From Candidatus Micrarchaeia archaeon (lineage in GTDB: Archaea; Micrarchaeota; Micrarchaeia; CAILAH01): a stretch of 64,000 bases of DNA. The notes beneath the pieces are model-generated. The model was given only the letters and a program-made list of their open reading frames with translations, searched no databases and was not told the origin of the DNA. This document shows, piece after piece, positions 38,768-48,585 of the stretch. Made by a program: the position numbers and the translations under genes. Within the stretch, counting starts at the first letter, position 1; each line of letters starts with the position of its first letter. The stretch covers positions 1 to 64,000 of the forward strand of contig JAVZCB010000004.1 in assembly GCA_038874595.1 (NCBI GenBank), given 5' to 3'.

Positions 38768-38818
38768 CATAAAGCACTGCTAGTGATATGCCGGCACGCA
38801 AAATCTGTGGTGTGACCT

Positions 38819-40021
38819 TTAAAACTTGAAATAATCAGTTATTCTCTTCTGGCTGAGCACAACGTCGTTTTTCAGGTAAACCGATATGTCATTTGAAAGA
38901 ATGTGCTTTGCGTAAGATAACATATCTTCAAGGGATGAAAATTTGGTGGCGCCGGCCTTGAATGCATTACGGACATTCTCGCGGACCTGCCATACGCCTA
39001 CGGGGACCATATAGCCCGGCTCGACCTCCCTGATTACTATCGCACGTGCCTGGCGCCTGCGCTCAAACAGGTGCTCAACAACAGCATAACGTGATGCGTA
39101 GTACCCGCCGGCCTGCTGCTCTGCATATTTAGTCCTGCCTTCGAATGGCTCGTGCTCTTTCGTGATAAATGTGCCGGTTTCTGATAGGTTCCACGTGGTG
39201 CCGTGCGCCCACGCCTCGTAATTCTCAAACTCCCATCTGCCTGGAATGAGCATCACAACATACCTATTGCTCAGGTAATAGGAGGTGTAAAGCTCATAAT
39301 CAGATATCTCCGGGGCTTCGCGTATGGCCTCGAGATATATCTTTGCAATCATATCATCCATTGCAGTGATACTCCACCTTGTTGGGACAAGGCGCTTGCG
39401 GGCATTCTCACCAAAGATGCCTGCACTGAACACACGAGTCAAATAGTAATTGTCATACCCCCTGTAAAGCAGTTCCTTGACAGCTACTGAGGCCTTAATG
39501 TTTTCGCTTGCAAGCGAATCTATGCGCTTCGGTATCTTCGCATTGCCAGTTATCCTGTAGTTCTCGAGCTGGCCTATCGGGCCCATCGGCTGGGTCATAG
39601 GCGAAAACTCAACCTCAGGCTTGGGGGCATACTTAAACTTTATTTCAACATCAACCGGCTCCTGTGATAGCACGAGCTCCTGCATATCTGAGATATACTT
39701 ATCCTTAGCGAGCACTTCGCGCTTCACAGCACTCCTAAATAATTTTGACCTTTCCTCTACTATCTTGTCCAGCGGCTGCCCGAACATCCTGCGCGGGTCA
39801 TCCTCAACAGGGGTATCACTTGCCATAGCCCCAACCGCTACCACCGGGTATCCAACGTGCCCTACAAATATGTTTGGAGGTGATGGGCCAAAAACCTCCG
39901 TCTTGACATCTGCAAAAACCTTGTTCTGGATATTAAGCCTCTGCAGTATAGGGCAGTAATCAAGGCCACATAAGAGACGAGAACCTTTGCACGGGACACA
40001 TAAATGCGCTGGTGGCATCAT
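38819..40021 (-). CDS. nreA: Nre-family DNA repair protein with C-terminal PIP box
   Basis: CxxCKG..LCG...CP, SPP..FVG..GYP, LVPTRWSITA.D, PVGVWQVRE; C-terminal QKRITDYF. Confidence 0.9.
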   Translation of the reverse strand: MMPPAHLCVPCKGSRLLCGLDYCPILQRLNIQNKVFADVKTEVFGPSPPNIFVGHVGYPVVAVGAMASDTPVEDDPRRMFGQPLDKIVEERSKLFRSAVKREVLAKDKYISDMQELVLSQEPVDVEIKFKYAPKPEVEFSPMTQPMGPIGQLENYRITGNAKIPKRIDSLASENIKASVAVKELLYRGYDNYYLTRVFSAGIFGENARKRLVPTRWSITAMDDMIAKIYLEAIREAPEISDYELYTSYYLSNRYVVMLIPGRWEFENYEAWAHGTTWNLSETGTFITKEHEPFEGRTKYAEQQAGGYYASRYAVVEHLFERRRQARAIVIREVEPGYMVPVGVWQVRENVRNAFKAGATKFSSLEDMLSYAKHILSNDISVYLKNDVVLSQKRITDYFKF

Positions 40022-40106
40022 ATCAATCACACACCTAAAGGTCATTGACAAGCCGCTGCATGGCTGTTCACACCACATACGGCACATGCTTGCTTAAATT
40101 GTTGGG

Positions 40107-41006
40107 GTGTATGCTTTAATAGTTAATTGCACTAATTCTGCTGTGGATGCTGCTGAGTTCTTCAACGAGTATTTTGTCAGGCCTATCATAATGCACGAAG
40201 GGTATAACTCAATCAACACTATCACCTATGCAATCATAGCAGTCATTGCAGCTTTTCTTATTTATAAGTTATTCAGAAAAGCTGGTGCTGAATTCAACAG
40301 GGATTTTATTGTGCGTGTAATCCCCTATATACTGTTGGGCTCAACAGTACGTGTGGTTACAGACAGCATAACAACCGGCGGGATGCAAGCATACGTGGGG
40401 CCCTTCAGGCCTGTATACGACGTTATTCTTGCAAGCCACATATACGATTATGGGTTCCTGACGGCAAGCCCGGGAATATTTTTCGTGATTGGGATTTTTG
40501 CAATAGCAACCATGTATTATTCATACAGGAGCAGGAACTATGACTTCGGTGCCAAGCTTGCATTTGCACTGTTCGTATTACATCTCATAATCCTGCTTCC
40601 ATTGTTTACGAATGTCACTTTTGGAGCACTCATAATAATACTTGCGGGTAGCATATGTGGGCTCTATATGGCATTCAAAAAAGAAAGTACAGTACCAATG
40701 CACTGGCTCGTGGTATTCTCGCAGGCACTTGACGGCAGTGCAACCTTTGTAACACTGGATATATATAATAGAATGCACAACGGGGGATATGTTGAGCAGC
40801 ACGTGCTTGCCAACCATCTCGCCTCAATTGCTGGGGACTCGATGGTTTTATTCCTGGCACTTAAGGTATTGCTTGCAATAGGTATTGTGTGGCTGCTCGA
40901 GAAGGAAAAAAACCAAAATGAGAAGGGATACATCGCACTGCTCATCATCATATTTGGGCTTGCACCCGGCGTGCGTGACCTGCTCAGGCTTGTGTGTGGT
41001 GTTTAG
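40107..41006 (+). CDS. DUF63-family membrane protein
   Basis: GYN.INTITYA, RVVTD, LDG.AT, Y.EQH, GLAPGVRD. Confidence 0.82.
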   Translation: MYALIVNCTNSAVDAAEFFNEYFVRPIIMHEGYNSINTITYAIIAVIAAFLIYKLFRKAGAEFNRDFIVRVIPYILLGSTVRVVTDSITTGGMQAYVGPFRPVYDVILASHIYDYGFLTASPGIFFVIGIFAIATMYYSYRSRNYDFGAKLAFALFVLHLIILLPLFTNVTFGALIIILAGSICGLYMAFKKESTVPMHWLVVFSQALDGSATFVTLDIYNRMHNGGYVEQHVLANHLASIAGDSMVLFLALKVLLAIGIVWLLEKEKNQNEKGYIALLIIIFGLAPGVRDLLRLVCGV

Positions 41007-41765
41007 ATGCTATACGTTATAGGGACTGGGCTTTGGCGTGGTGATGATATTTCGTACAGGGGCACGGAGTTGTGCCGCAACTCATCCAAGGTATATATTG
41101 ACAGCTATACACGGGCATTTGATAGCAAAGAGCTTGCAAGGCTTGAGGAGATAATTGGAAAAAAAGCAATACTGCTGGGTAGGGATGAGCTTGAAGAAAA
41201 GCTCGGCTTCCTTAGAGAATCAAAGGATGTGGATGTTGTGCTGTTGGTGCCCGGCGACCCGCTGATCGCGACTACGCATATCACTATTATTATGGAGGCC
41301 AGAAGAAGAGGGATACGGTACGAAATCGTACACGGGAGCTCAATTTATGATGCGCTGATAGGTGAGGCTGGCCTCCACATATACAAGGTAGGTGGGAGTT
41401 GCACCATACCTATGAGAGAGAAAAAAATCAGGCCGTACAGCGTTTATGATAAGATTGCCGAGAACACAAAAAGAGGGATGCATACGCTTGTGTTTCTTGA
41501 TACCGCACCGGGTAAGGCGATGATGATAAACGAAGCCCTTGAAATTTTGCAGGAGATTGAAGAAGAGAAAAAGCAAGGAATTGCAAGGGATGAGAATAAG
41601 ATTGTTGTAGGGTGCAGGATTGGGAGCGCACAGCAAAACCTCGTTTACGGTAGTATTGGAACCATCAAAAAGATGCGATTCACGGGTCCGTGCGCGCTTG
41701 TTTTTCCTGGAGAGCTGCACTTTTCAGAAGAGGAATTTCTAAGTTTTTTTGAGGTGCGGGAATAG
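41007..41765 (+). CDS. dph5: Diphthine synthase
   Basis: MLYVIGTGL, YIDSYT, GDPLIATTH, GLHIYK.G, HTLVFLD, PGELHF.E.E. Confidence 0.93.
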   Translation: MLYVIGTGLWRGDDISYRGTELCRNSSKVYIDSYTRAFDSKELARLEEIIGKKAILLGRDELEEKLGFLRESKDVDVVLLVPGDPLIATTHITIIMEARRRGIRYEIVHGSSIYDALIGEAGLHIYKVGGSCTIPMREKKIRPYSVYDKIAENTKRGMHTLVFLDTAPGKAMMINEALEILQEIEEEKKQGIARDENKIVVGCRIGSAQQNLVYGSIGTIKKMRFTGPCALVFPGELHFSEEEFLSFFEVRE

Positions 41766-41797
41766 GCATAAAATACTTCCCAGTAATAGTTGATTGT

Positions 41798-42223
41798 ATG
41801 GCGCAGGGCACGGATTATAAGAGCATAATAAAGAAAATCGATGATGGGAAACAGCTTCAGGAAAAAGAGAAGGCACTTGTTAAAGAAGCGATTGATAAAT
41901 GGCTTACTGAGAATGCCGTGATTGCAAACGGGATAGCCAGCCTCGTGAAACTGACTGCAGATGAGGACTCTTTCATAAAAATACGCCAGGTCATAGAGAA
42001 TGCCAGGAAGCGTGCTGAAAGTGGAAAAGAGCAACTAACTCCGGAAGATGAAAAAAAGCTCTATAGCGCGCTCGCATACCTGCGGAAAGAAAGCTCTGAA
42101 AAGATTGTCAACTCGGTGAAAAATGGAGGTATACTTTTTTTGGCAATGCTTGATGACAAGCTTGCAAAAGTTGATATCGGGGAAATCGGCAAGCTGCAAA
42201 AAATGCTAAAGACACTTAAATAA
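41798..42223 (+). CDS. Hypothetical helical protein
   Basis: 141-aa charged helical ORF filling the gap; no recognised family. Confidence 0.6.
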   Translation: MAQGTDYKSIIKKIDDGKQLQEKEKALVKEAIDKWLTENAVIANGIASLVKLTADEDSFIKIRQVIENARKRAESGKEQLTPEDEKKLYSALAYLRKESSEKIVNSVKNGGILFLAMLDDKLAKVDIGEIGKLQKMLKTLK

Positions 42224-42311
42224 GCAAATAAGTGCGCACACAACCAACAAATCCAAATCGCCCTATCCTGCTGATTCTTGTTGCCTGTTTGTGCAATATC
42301 ATCTCGGGAGC

Positions 42312-43244
42312 CTATTCCTGTTTCTGCTTGCCTTTTTTCGTAAATTGAAGGGGGTTTTTTATCCCGCATTGCGCTACACATAACCCCTGCGCACGGAGTG
42401 TATTACAGGATGGCATAGAGTACCCCTTTGACCTGATATGCTCAAGATGGTAGTTTACCTTCTTCTCATCATAATTTGGGGCGTGAGAGAATACCTCAAT
42501 AATCTTGCTGTTCTCCCAGCCGCGCCTTATAAGAAACACTGCAAGTGCCCATCTTTTTATGTGCGGCACGTTTGCGCCTGCCCTCAGCTCATTGATTATC
42601 TGCTCCATGCACGGTGCAATGTCCTGGCTCTGCCTGCCAAGCGCTGGGGAACGCAGGGAAAGCTCGGAGAGTATCTCATTTAGTGCTGGCTTTAGCTGCT
42701 TTTTCAGGCTCTCACTTATAAGAGAATCGCGGATTGGCAGGCCTTCAGAAATCTTGCGCTTTATGGCCTCTTTCAGGAGGACGCCTTTCTCGTGCTCACT
42801 TATCTTAACGCGGCCGCCAGCAACTTCCCTGTTTGACAAAAGCATTGATGCAAAAGTTGAGCTATAAGTAAGATAATCCCGGAGACTTACGTGCAGGTCA
42901 TCCCCCATGGACATCCCAAGTTCAGCCATTAAAAAGCCCTCATCGCGGTTTTTCCTGCATATCTCAAGTGCACGCGTCGCCTCAGCATCAACAAACGCAT
43001 CGATTTTGCGATTAAGCAATGAAACAAGAAGGCGGGACACTGCATACGCGCGCACATCGTTCAAGATATCTTCGGAAGAGAAATATGAAGGGGTTGGGAG
43101 CCTGCCGTGTCGTATAGCACTGAGCACACGCTGTTTTGCAAGCTCAATCGCTTTTGCATCAACATCTGCCGCCATGCGAAGAAGCTTTACCTCTGCTTTT
43201 GTACTGTCAAGGAAAGGGTAATAACCGTGCTGGCGCTTCAGCAT
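42312..43244 (-). CDS. priL: DNA primase large subunit
   Basis: YPF at the N-terminus; APCM, H..R, APNY.E...YH..HI, Y.MPSC..L...GLC...C..KNPL Fe-S domain. Start trimmed to ATG 43244. Confidence 0.88.
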   Translation of the reverse strand: MLKRQHGYYPFLDSTKAEVKLLRMAADVDAKAIELAKQRVLSAIRHGRLPTPSYFSSEDILNDVRAYAVSRLLVSLLNRKIDAFVDAEATRALEICRKNRDEGFLMAELGMSMGDDLHVSLRDYLTYSSTFASMLLSNREVAGGRVKISEHEKGVLLKEAIKRKISEGLPIRDSLISESLKKQLKPALNEILSELSLRSPALGRQSQDIAPCMEQIINELRAGANVPHIKRWALAVFLIRRGWENSKIIEVFSHAPNYDEKKVNYHLEHIRSKGYSMPSCNTLRAQGLCVAQCGIKNPLQFTKKGKQKQE

Positions 43245-43299
43245 ACCTTTGCTTATGAATGCAGAACATTTAATAAATTTAGAATAGTAATTTTCCCTT

Positions 43300-45435
43300 A
43301 TGAGACGTGCATTTATCCTCCTGCTGCTTATCGTCTCGTTGGGGTGGAGCTTTAATATACAGGAATATTTAAGCCCTAATGAGAGTGTCAAGAGTGTAAC
43401 CTATCTAGATATGGTTGGCCCTGACGGTGCATACGTGATGTATTATGTTGACAACGAGCCAATAATGCTAGTCAAGGGAGACCAGATTGTCGAGAATAAA
43501 GAGATACTAGTTGCCGTGCTTGAAGGATACTTCTTTAATAAGGATTTTCCAAAGGCAAGCGAGTTGCAGGAGATACACGAGAAGTGGCTGGAGTTCAATA
43601 AGTCCAGGTCATACACATTCAATAATGAATACGTACGGGAATTTTACCCCCCTGAAAAGTATTGCAAGCAGCTTACCGGCCTTACGGTGAGGCACTGCAA
43701 TAAAAACGAGACAAACTTCCACCCCTGCATTACATCCTGTGGTGCTGTGCCTATTTGCAGGGGCAGTATACTTGAAGGAGGCATCACATCCCTGCAGAAA
43801 ACAACAAGAGATTTTCTTGATGGAATTATGAGCCTTGATGACGAAACAATGAATTTGGACAGGTATGGCTCCCAAATTAGCGAAATTACGGAGAAGCTTG
43901 AAGGCATAAAATACTCTAATTACAATGCCCAGACGCGCAAGGACATTGAGGTGCTTGTTGCTGCAATGGAGGGGATAGAGGTTTCTGCAACTAAGATTGA
44001 AAATAATATACTGTTCTCAGACTTGTTGCCGGCTGCTGGGCTACAGCCATACTGCGGCCCAACCAATTACTCAAAAGATGCACAGGCATGGCTCACTGCA
44101 AAGGCCAAAACAATAAAAAGCAGGACATATAACCTGTTCCATGTTGATTCTATCGCGACAAGAGTTCTCGAGAAAACTGCACAAAGGAAAGAGTTAAAGG
44201 ATAAAATGAAGACGACAAACGAGTACAGCTCAAAGTTCAACAGGATTGATGGGATATACAATGACCTTTATGCAAAGTATGTCAAAGTGAGCAAGTATGT
44301 GAAAGATGATACGCTTACAGGCGATATTGAAACATTACGCGCAAAAAAGGATTCGGTGCGGGATGACATTTACATTGGCAATTATAACCGGGCCGACCTA
44401 ACCATAAAGCAGTTTGATGTGCTTGCGGAAACTTTCTCTTCAAGAGTAAATGAGTATTATAACAAAACAAACAAAATCGACGAATACAAAACACTTGCAG
44501 ATAAGAAATTCATAATGGCAGAGTGGGATATTGAAGCCACAAATATATTCCTAGGCCAGCAGTTGCAGGATGCAAAAGCAAAGAGGACTGCACTTGATGA
44601 GAGGCTTGCGGCAAAGATCGACCCGGAAGAGCTTGATATGATTATCCAAGAATACGAAGAAATCATAAAAGATGTAGATGAGATTATAAAAGCAAAAAGG
44701 GAGCACGCTTTAGATACAATAATGAGCAAGGTTGTTGCGGCCTCAAACTCATACTCAGATATGTTGGCGTCTGCGTATGCGGGCGCTAATGAAGGGAGCT
44801 TCCAGCAAAGGAGACAGGTACGCGAGTATGTGCTTCCTGCAACGCTTGTTGTTGTTGACTTGGTTGCAATAGGAATATTTATAGCCGCATTCGTGTATAT
44901 GGTCGGCTCAGGCAGGATACGCCTGAGAAAGATTGCTGCTGTGCTCTGGTCTTTCATATTCATAGCATTCTTTATGGCCGTTGCAGGGAGCTCAATCGCT
45001 TCTTATATGCTTATTGACCAGAAAACCAATAAGGCCAGTTTTGATTCGTTTTATACATATGTGGTTGGTAGCGATTCGGCCGTGATTGTGATTGATACAA
45101 AAAGCGGTAGTGTAAATGAAGAATGTGCACGGGAGCTTAAATCAACAATGGAAAGACAAATGAACAAAACAGTATACCTGTATAAATATACGCTTGAGGG
45201 GTGCGAGCTTGTTGATTACACCACGGGTGCGAATGTAACCGCGAGCTTAAATGAGAAAAAAACCGTTGATGCGTGCGAAGAGAGCATGGGGCAGATGCCG
45301 CGTGTGTTCATCAAGTCTGCACAAGAAGATTCAACAACATTCTCTGTCAAGTATTATCCAAGCGCAACGATTGCGGGCAGCCCTGATTATATCCAGTTAT
45401 GCCTCCTGAATACGATACTTAAAGAGGGACAGTGA
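43300..45435 (+). CDS. Large membrane-anchored surface protein (signal peptide, Cys-containing domain, coiled coil, two TMs, C-terminal domain)
   Basis: 711 aa; hydropathy and heptad pattern read by eye. Confidence 0.75.
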   Translation: MRRAFILLLLIVSLGWSFNIQEYLSPNESVKSVTYLDMVGPDGAYVMYYVDNEPIMLVKGDQIVENKEILVAVLEGYFFNKDFPKASELQEIHEKWLEFNKSRSYTFNNEYVREFYPPEKYCKQLTGLTVRHCNKNETNFHPCITSCGAVPICRGSILEGGITSLQKTTRDFLDGIMSLDDETMNLDRYGSQISEITEKLEGIKYSNYNAQTRKDIEVLVAAMEGIEVSATKIENNILFSDLLPAAGLQPYCGPTNYSKDAQAWLTAKAKTIKSRTYNLFHVDSIATRVLEKTAQRKELKDKMKTTNEYSSKFNRIDGIYNDLYAKYVKVSKYVKDDTLTGDIETLRAKKDSVRDDIYIGNYNRADLTIKQFDVLAETFSSRVNEYYNKTNKIDEYKTLADKKFIMAEWDIEATNIFLGQQLQDAKAKRTALDERLAAKIDPEELDMIIQEYEEIIKDVDEIIKAKREHALDTIMSKVVAASNSYSDMLASAYAGANEGSFQQRRQVREYVLPATLVVVDLVAIGIFIAAFVYMVGSGRIRLRKIAAVLWSFIFIAFFMAVAGSSIASYMLIDQKTNKASFDSFYTYVVGSDSAVIVIDTKSGSVNEECARELKSTMERQMNKTVYLYKYTLEGCELVDYTTGANVTASLNEKKTVDACEESMGQMPRVFIKSAQEDSTTFSVKYYPSATIAGSPDYIQLCLLNTILKEGQ

Positions 45436-45932
45436 TGAAGAAAGCCAATAACAGCACGTTTACAAAGCAAATCCTGCTTGTAATTGCTGCCATACTTGCA
45501 GTATCAGCAGTATATTTGCTATGGAGCGTGGGTGAAAAAGAGGATTATGGTGGGGAGCTCGTGCTAAGTGATAAGCAGATTAGCAATTATGAAGGGGCCT
45601 TCAAGCTTGCTGATGGGAAAAGGATTGCAATCGTAATGGATACGAGAGGGCTTACGCAGGAAAACAGAGTGTCGGTATACCAATGCGGTGTTGGGTTTGC
45701 ATCATCGCTTGCCCGTATCGGTAAGAACATAACTAATTTTGCCATTGAAGATAGTGGATGCTATGGGCCACTTAACAGAACGAGCATAACGAAATGTAAT
45801 GAGCTCATCCATGCTGAGGATTACATTATCCTGCTTAAGGGCGGTGAGCCAGATGCAAAATATTACGAGGACCACCTGCTTGTCATGGTCCCACAAAATA
45901 ATACGATGGAGTGCGGTGTGAAAGCAAAGTAA
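45432..45932 (+). CDS. Membrane-anchored protein resembling the C-terminal domain of the upstream protein
   Basis: N-terminal TM; IVMDTR/C/GC/C.E/KYY/C pattern; GTGA overlap with the upstream gene. Confidence 0.7.
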   Translation: MMKKANNSTFTKQILLVIAAILAVSAVYLLWSVGEKEDYGGELVLSDKQISNYEGAFKLADGKRIAIVMDTRGLTQENRVSVYQCGVGFASSLARIGKNITNFAIEDSGCYGPLNRTSITKCNELIHAEDYIILLKGGEPDAKYYEDHLLVMVPQNNTMECGVKAK

Positions 45933-45966
45933 GCGTAAAAATCGATGGGTGAAGCGCACTAAAATC

Positions 45967-47196
45967 CTAGTACCTTAAAAGAGCACCTATTCCAAAGAAG
46001 CCATTAAGGAACTGCCCACCTTCCGGAGTATCTGTTGATATGAATTCAATCCTTGCACCTGATGACTCTGCAAGGTTTTCCAGCTCCTCAACCATATCAG
46101 TATCCTCAAGCACAGAGACTTTCCCACCGCAGCTGCATGTGACTTCCTGGCCTTCCTGTGTAATATATGTGGTACCCTCCTGGCCGCATTTCTGGCATTT
46201 ATACCTTATCCTGTGCAGGTAAAGGCCTTCTGAGAGTAACAGGGTATTGACACGCTTGGATTCAAGTGCTTCCAGCACTTCCTTGACACCATAAGTTGCA
46301 AGGCCTCCCTTGACAACATTTTCAATGAACATCTGTACCAGCTTCCTTTCCTGTGCGGCTTCCTGATTTGCTATTATCTCCTCAAGCTTTTGCATAATCT
46401 CGTGTATGCCATTCTCATCGCTATATCCCGTATCTACTTTTCCAAGTATCTTAATCTGGTAGTTGAAGTACTTGCCATCAAGGAAGTAATCTTTTATTGG
46501 GCCAGGGCCTCCAACAATTACACCTTTCATATTCTGTACATTAAGGAAAACTTCATCCATCGCCTCGCCGACACGCTTGTAGTAGTCCTCCTTGCCGATT
46601 TCCACAAGGCGCTGGTACCGTGCGGCACTTTGGCCTCCCTTATGCGTTTTTGATGGTGCTGTTGAGTGAACATGCCTTACAATGCGGACGTTTTTCCCTT
46701 CAAGGATTGCAAGCGTTGCATCCGAGCCGTCAATTGCAAGCAGGCCATAAGATTCCTTTGGCTTTGTGAACACAAGCAGCGGCTCAAGAAAGAAAGATGA
46801 GTCGCACCTGTAAAGCTGTATCCCGATAGGGTCTGGGGGGACAATGTAAAACAGCTTGATATCGCTCTCCCCGGGGTTTTTTGAGATGTTGCCTGCAAAG
46901 ATAGCAATCCCGTTATCGGGTGGCTGGTTAAAATGCTTCAGGAAATTAAGGATGCGCTCAAGCGCACCTAAAACATTGTTCCGTGTCTGTTTTGATTTAA
47001 TATTGCTTGCTTGTGAATATTCAGAGCGTAGCCGCCCCGCAACATCACCAATTGGGTATTTTGGAGGTATGTAAAGAGAAATTAATTCTGTACCTGAACC
47101 GCGTATTTTGCTGAGCTCGGCTACCCTTTTCTTTATCTCGCGCCTGCTTGCTTCCAATTTTATATCCTGCTTGTCTTCACCTGTGATATAAACCAA
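45967..47196 (-). CDS. prf1: Peptide chain release factor aRF1
   Basis: GTELISLYIP, NIKS, YRCD, KGGQSAARY, GIGALLRY. Confidence 0.96.
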   Translation of the reverse strand: MVYITGEDKQDIKLEASRREIKKRVAELSKIRGSGTELISLYIPPKYPIGDVAGRLRSEYSQASNIKSKQTRNNVLGALERILNFLKHFNQPPDNGIAIFAGNISKNPGESDIKLFYIVPPDPIGIQLYRCDSSFFLEPLLVFTKPKESYGLLAIDGSDATLAILEGKNVRIVRHVHSTAPSKTHKGGQSAARYQRLVEIGKEDYYKRVGEAMDEVFLNVQNMKGVIVGGPGPIKDYFLDGKYFNYQIKILGKVDTGYSDENGIHEIMQKLEEIIANQEAAQERKLVQMFIENVVKGGLATYGVKEVLEALESKRVNTLLLSEGLYLHRIRYKCQKCGQEGTTYITQEGQEVTCSCGGKVSVLEDTDMVEELENLAESSGARIEFISTDTPEGGQFLNGFFGIGALLRY

Positions 47197-47206
47197 CTCC
47201 TTACAG

Positions 47207-47929
47207 TTACCTGTGGCTGGGCCCTAAACGCGGCAACTGCCGCATGCTTATGAAATTCTCCAGGCCCATCTTATTTAATAAATCCCTCATATAACTGCCG
47301 TCTACACGCGACAATTTGATTTCTTCTATGCGGGTGTTCTGGTTAGCAATGCCTTTTGAAATAGCATTAAGATGCCATGCTGCTGGAAGAATGTCGTCAT
47401 GCGCGGATATCTCGTATATCGCACCATAAACATCCACGTTTCCTGCTTTTACACCCGTTGTTGAAACCACAAAATCGCGCACGTGTGCCATCTGCGCCTT
47501 TGTATTTTCAATGATTGCGTTCTCAACCAGGTCACCGCTCACCGTGCTGGCGCGCTCCACAGATGGAAATATATACCGCATCAAACCTGCAATAGATGGG
47601 TGCACACCATCAAGCTTGCCACCATTGGAAAACAGCTTGCATGCTGTGGTTACCGCACCACATTTAGTATGCCCAAGCACAAGAATAGCCAGCTTGCCAT
47701 CCACCGAAAAGTGGGTAAGTGCATATGCAAGTGATGACTTTGATTCATCACCAAGCCCGAACACGTTGCCTGCGTTTTCAATCGCAAAAACCTCGCCAGG
47801 GTTTGCACCCAAGAGATTGATATCAACACGCGAATCTGAGCAGTATATCGCTACAAGGGGCGGGTTTTGGCCTTCTTTCAGCTTCTCCAAAAGTTCCTCG
47901 CGCGATTGTGGTCCAATCATATCTGCCAT
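47207..47929 (-). CDS. Beta-class carbonic anhydrase
   Basis: CSDSRV, GEVF..ENAGN, LGHTKCGAV zinc ligands. Confidence 0.88.
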   Translation of the reverse strand: MADMIGPQSREELLEKLKEGQNPPLVAIYCSDSRVDINLLGANPGEVFAIENAGNVFGLGDESKSSLAYALTHFSVDGKLAILVLGHTKCGAVTTACKLFSNGGKLDGVHPSIAGLMRYIFPSVERASTVSGDLVENAIIENTKAQMAHVRDFVVSTTGVKAGNVDVYGAIYEISAHDDILPAAWHLNAISKGIANQNTRIEEIKLSRVDGSYMRDLLNKMGLENFISMRQLPRLGPSHR

Positions 47930-47964
47930 ATTATCACAACTCCTTGAATGCATATAATGTAGTG

Positions 47965-48534
47965 TTATAGTCCTTTGGAAATCTTAAACATGAGCAGGTC
48001 ACGGCGGCACTGCTCAACAAGCGAGCGTGCCACATCGAGCTTTCTCCTGAACCCTGGGAGTATTGAGTTTGAGAACCTGAGCGGCAAGAGCAATTCGTAT
48101 GTGCTGCTCATCACCTCAAACAGTCTTGTTGCAGTTTCATAGTCATCCTTTCTCATGTGCTCTATTATCTCACGCCGTGCCTCCCCAAGCGCATCGAGAA
48201 GGCCGAGCAGGTACGCTTCCGGTGGCACACCGAGGTCTTTATAATGTGGCAGTGGCTGGTTGCCAAGCATGTGCAAAAGGAGCTGTGCCTCTGCATACTC
48301 CTGTTGTGCCACAAGCACTAAGGAATTGGATGAACCCTGCATCCCCAAGACCTGCGGTTTGATACCTTCAAGCATCTTGTTTGCGTCATCCGCCCTACCT
48401 GCATGCATCAGCTGCATTGCCCTGCCACATACACGTATTATTTCCTCACACTTCTCCTTAACCATTAGGTAGGAGGACTCTTCCTCTAAAAGCACCTTCG
48501 AAGCATCTGAAATGATATCTGAGATATCCTGCAT
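47965..48534 (-). CDS. Translin-family protein
   Basis: QEYAEA, YLLGLLDA.GE.RR, FRRKLDVAR. Confidence 0.85.
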   Translation of the reverse strand: MQDISDIISDASKVLLEEESSYLMVKEKCEEIIRVCGRAMQLMHAGRADDANKMLEGIKPQVLGMQGSSNSLVLVAQQEYAEAQLLLHMLGNQPLPHYKDLGVPPEAYLLGLLDALGEARREIIEHMRKDDYETATRLFEVMSSTYELLLPLRFSNSILPGFRRKLDVARSLVEQCRRDLLMFKISKGL

Positions 48535-48585
48535 AGGGGAATTTGGGTGCTAAACATTTATATAAAAAACCGCCGATTATAGGCT

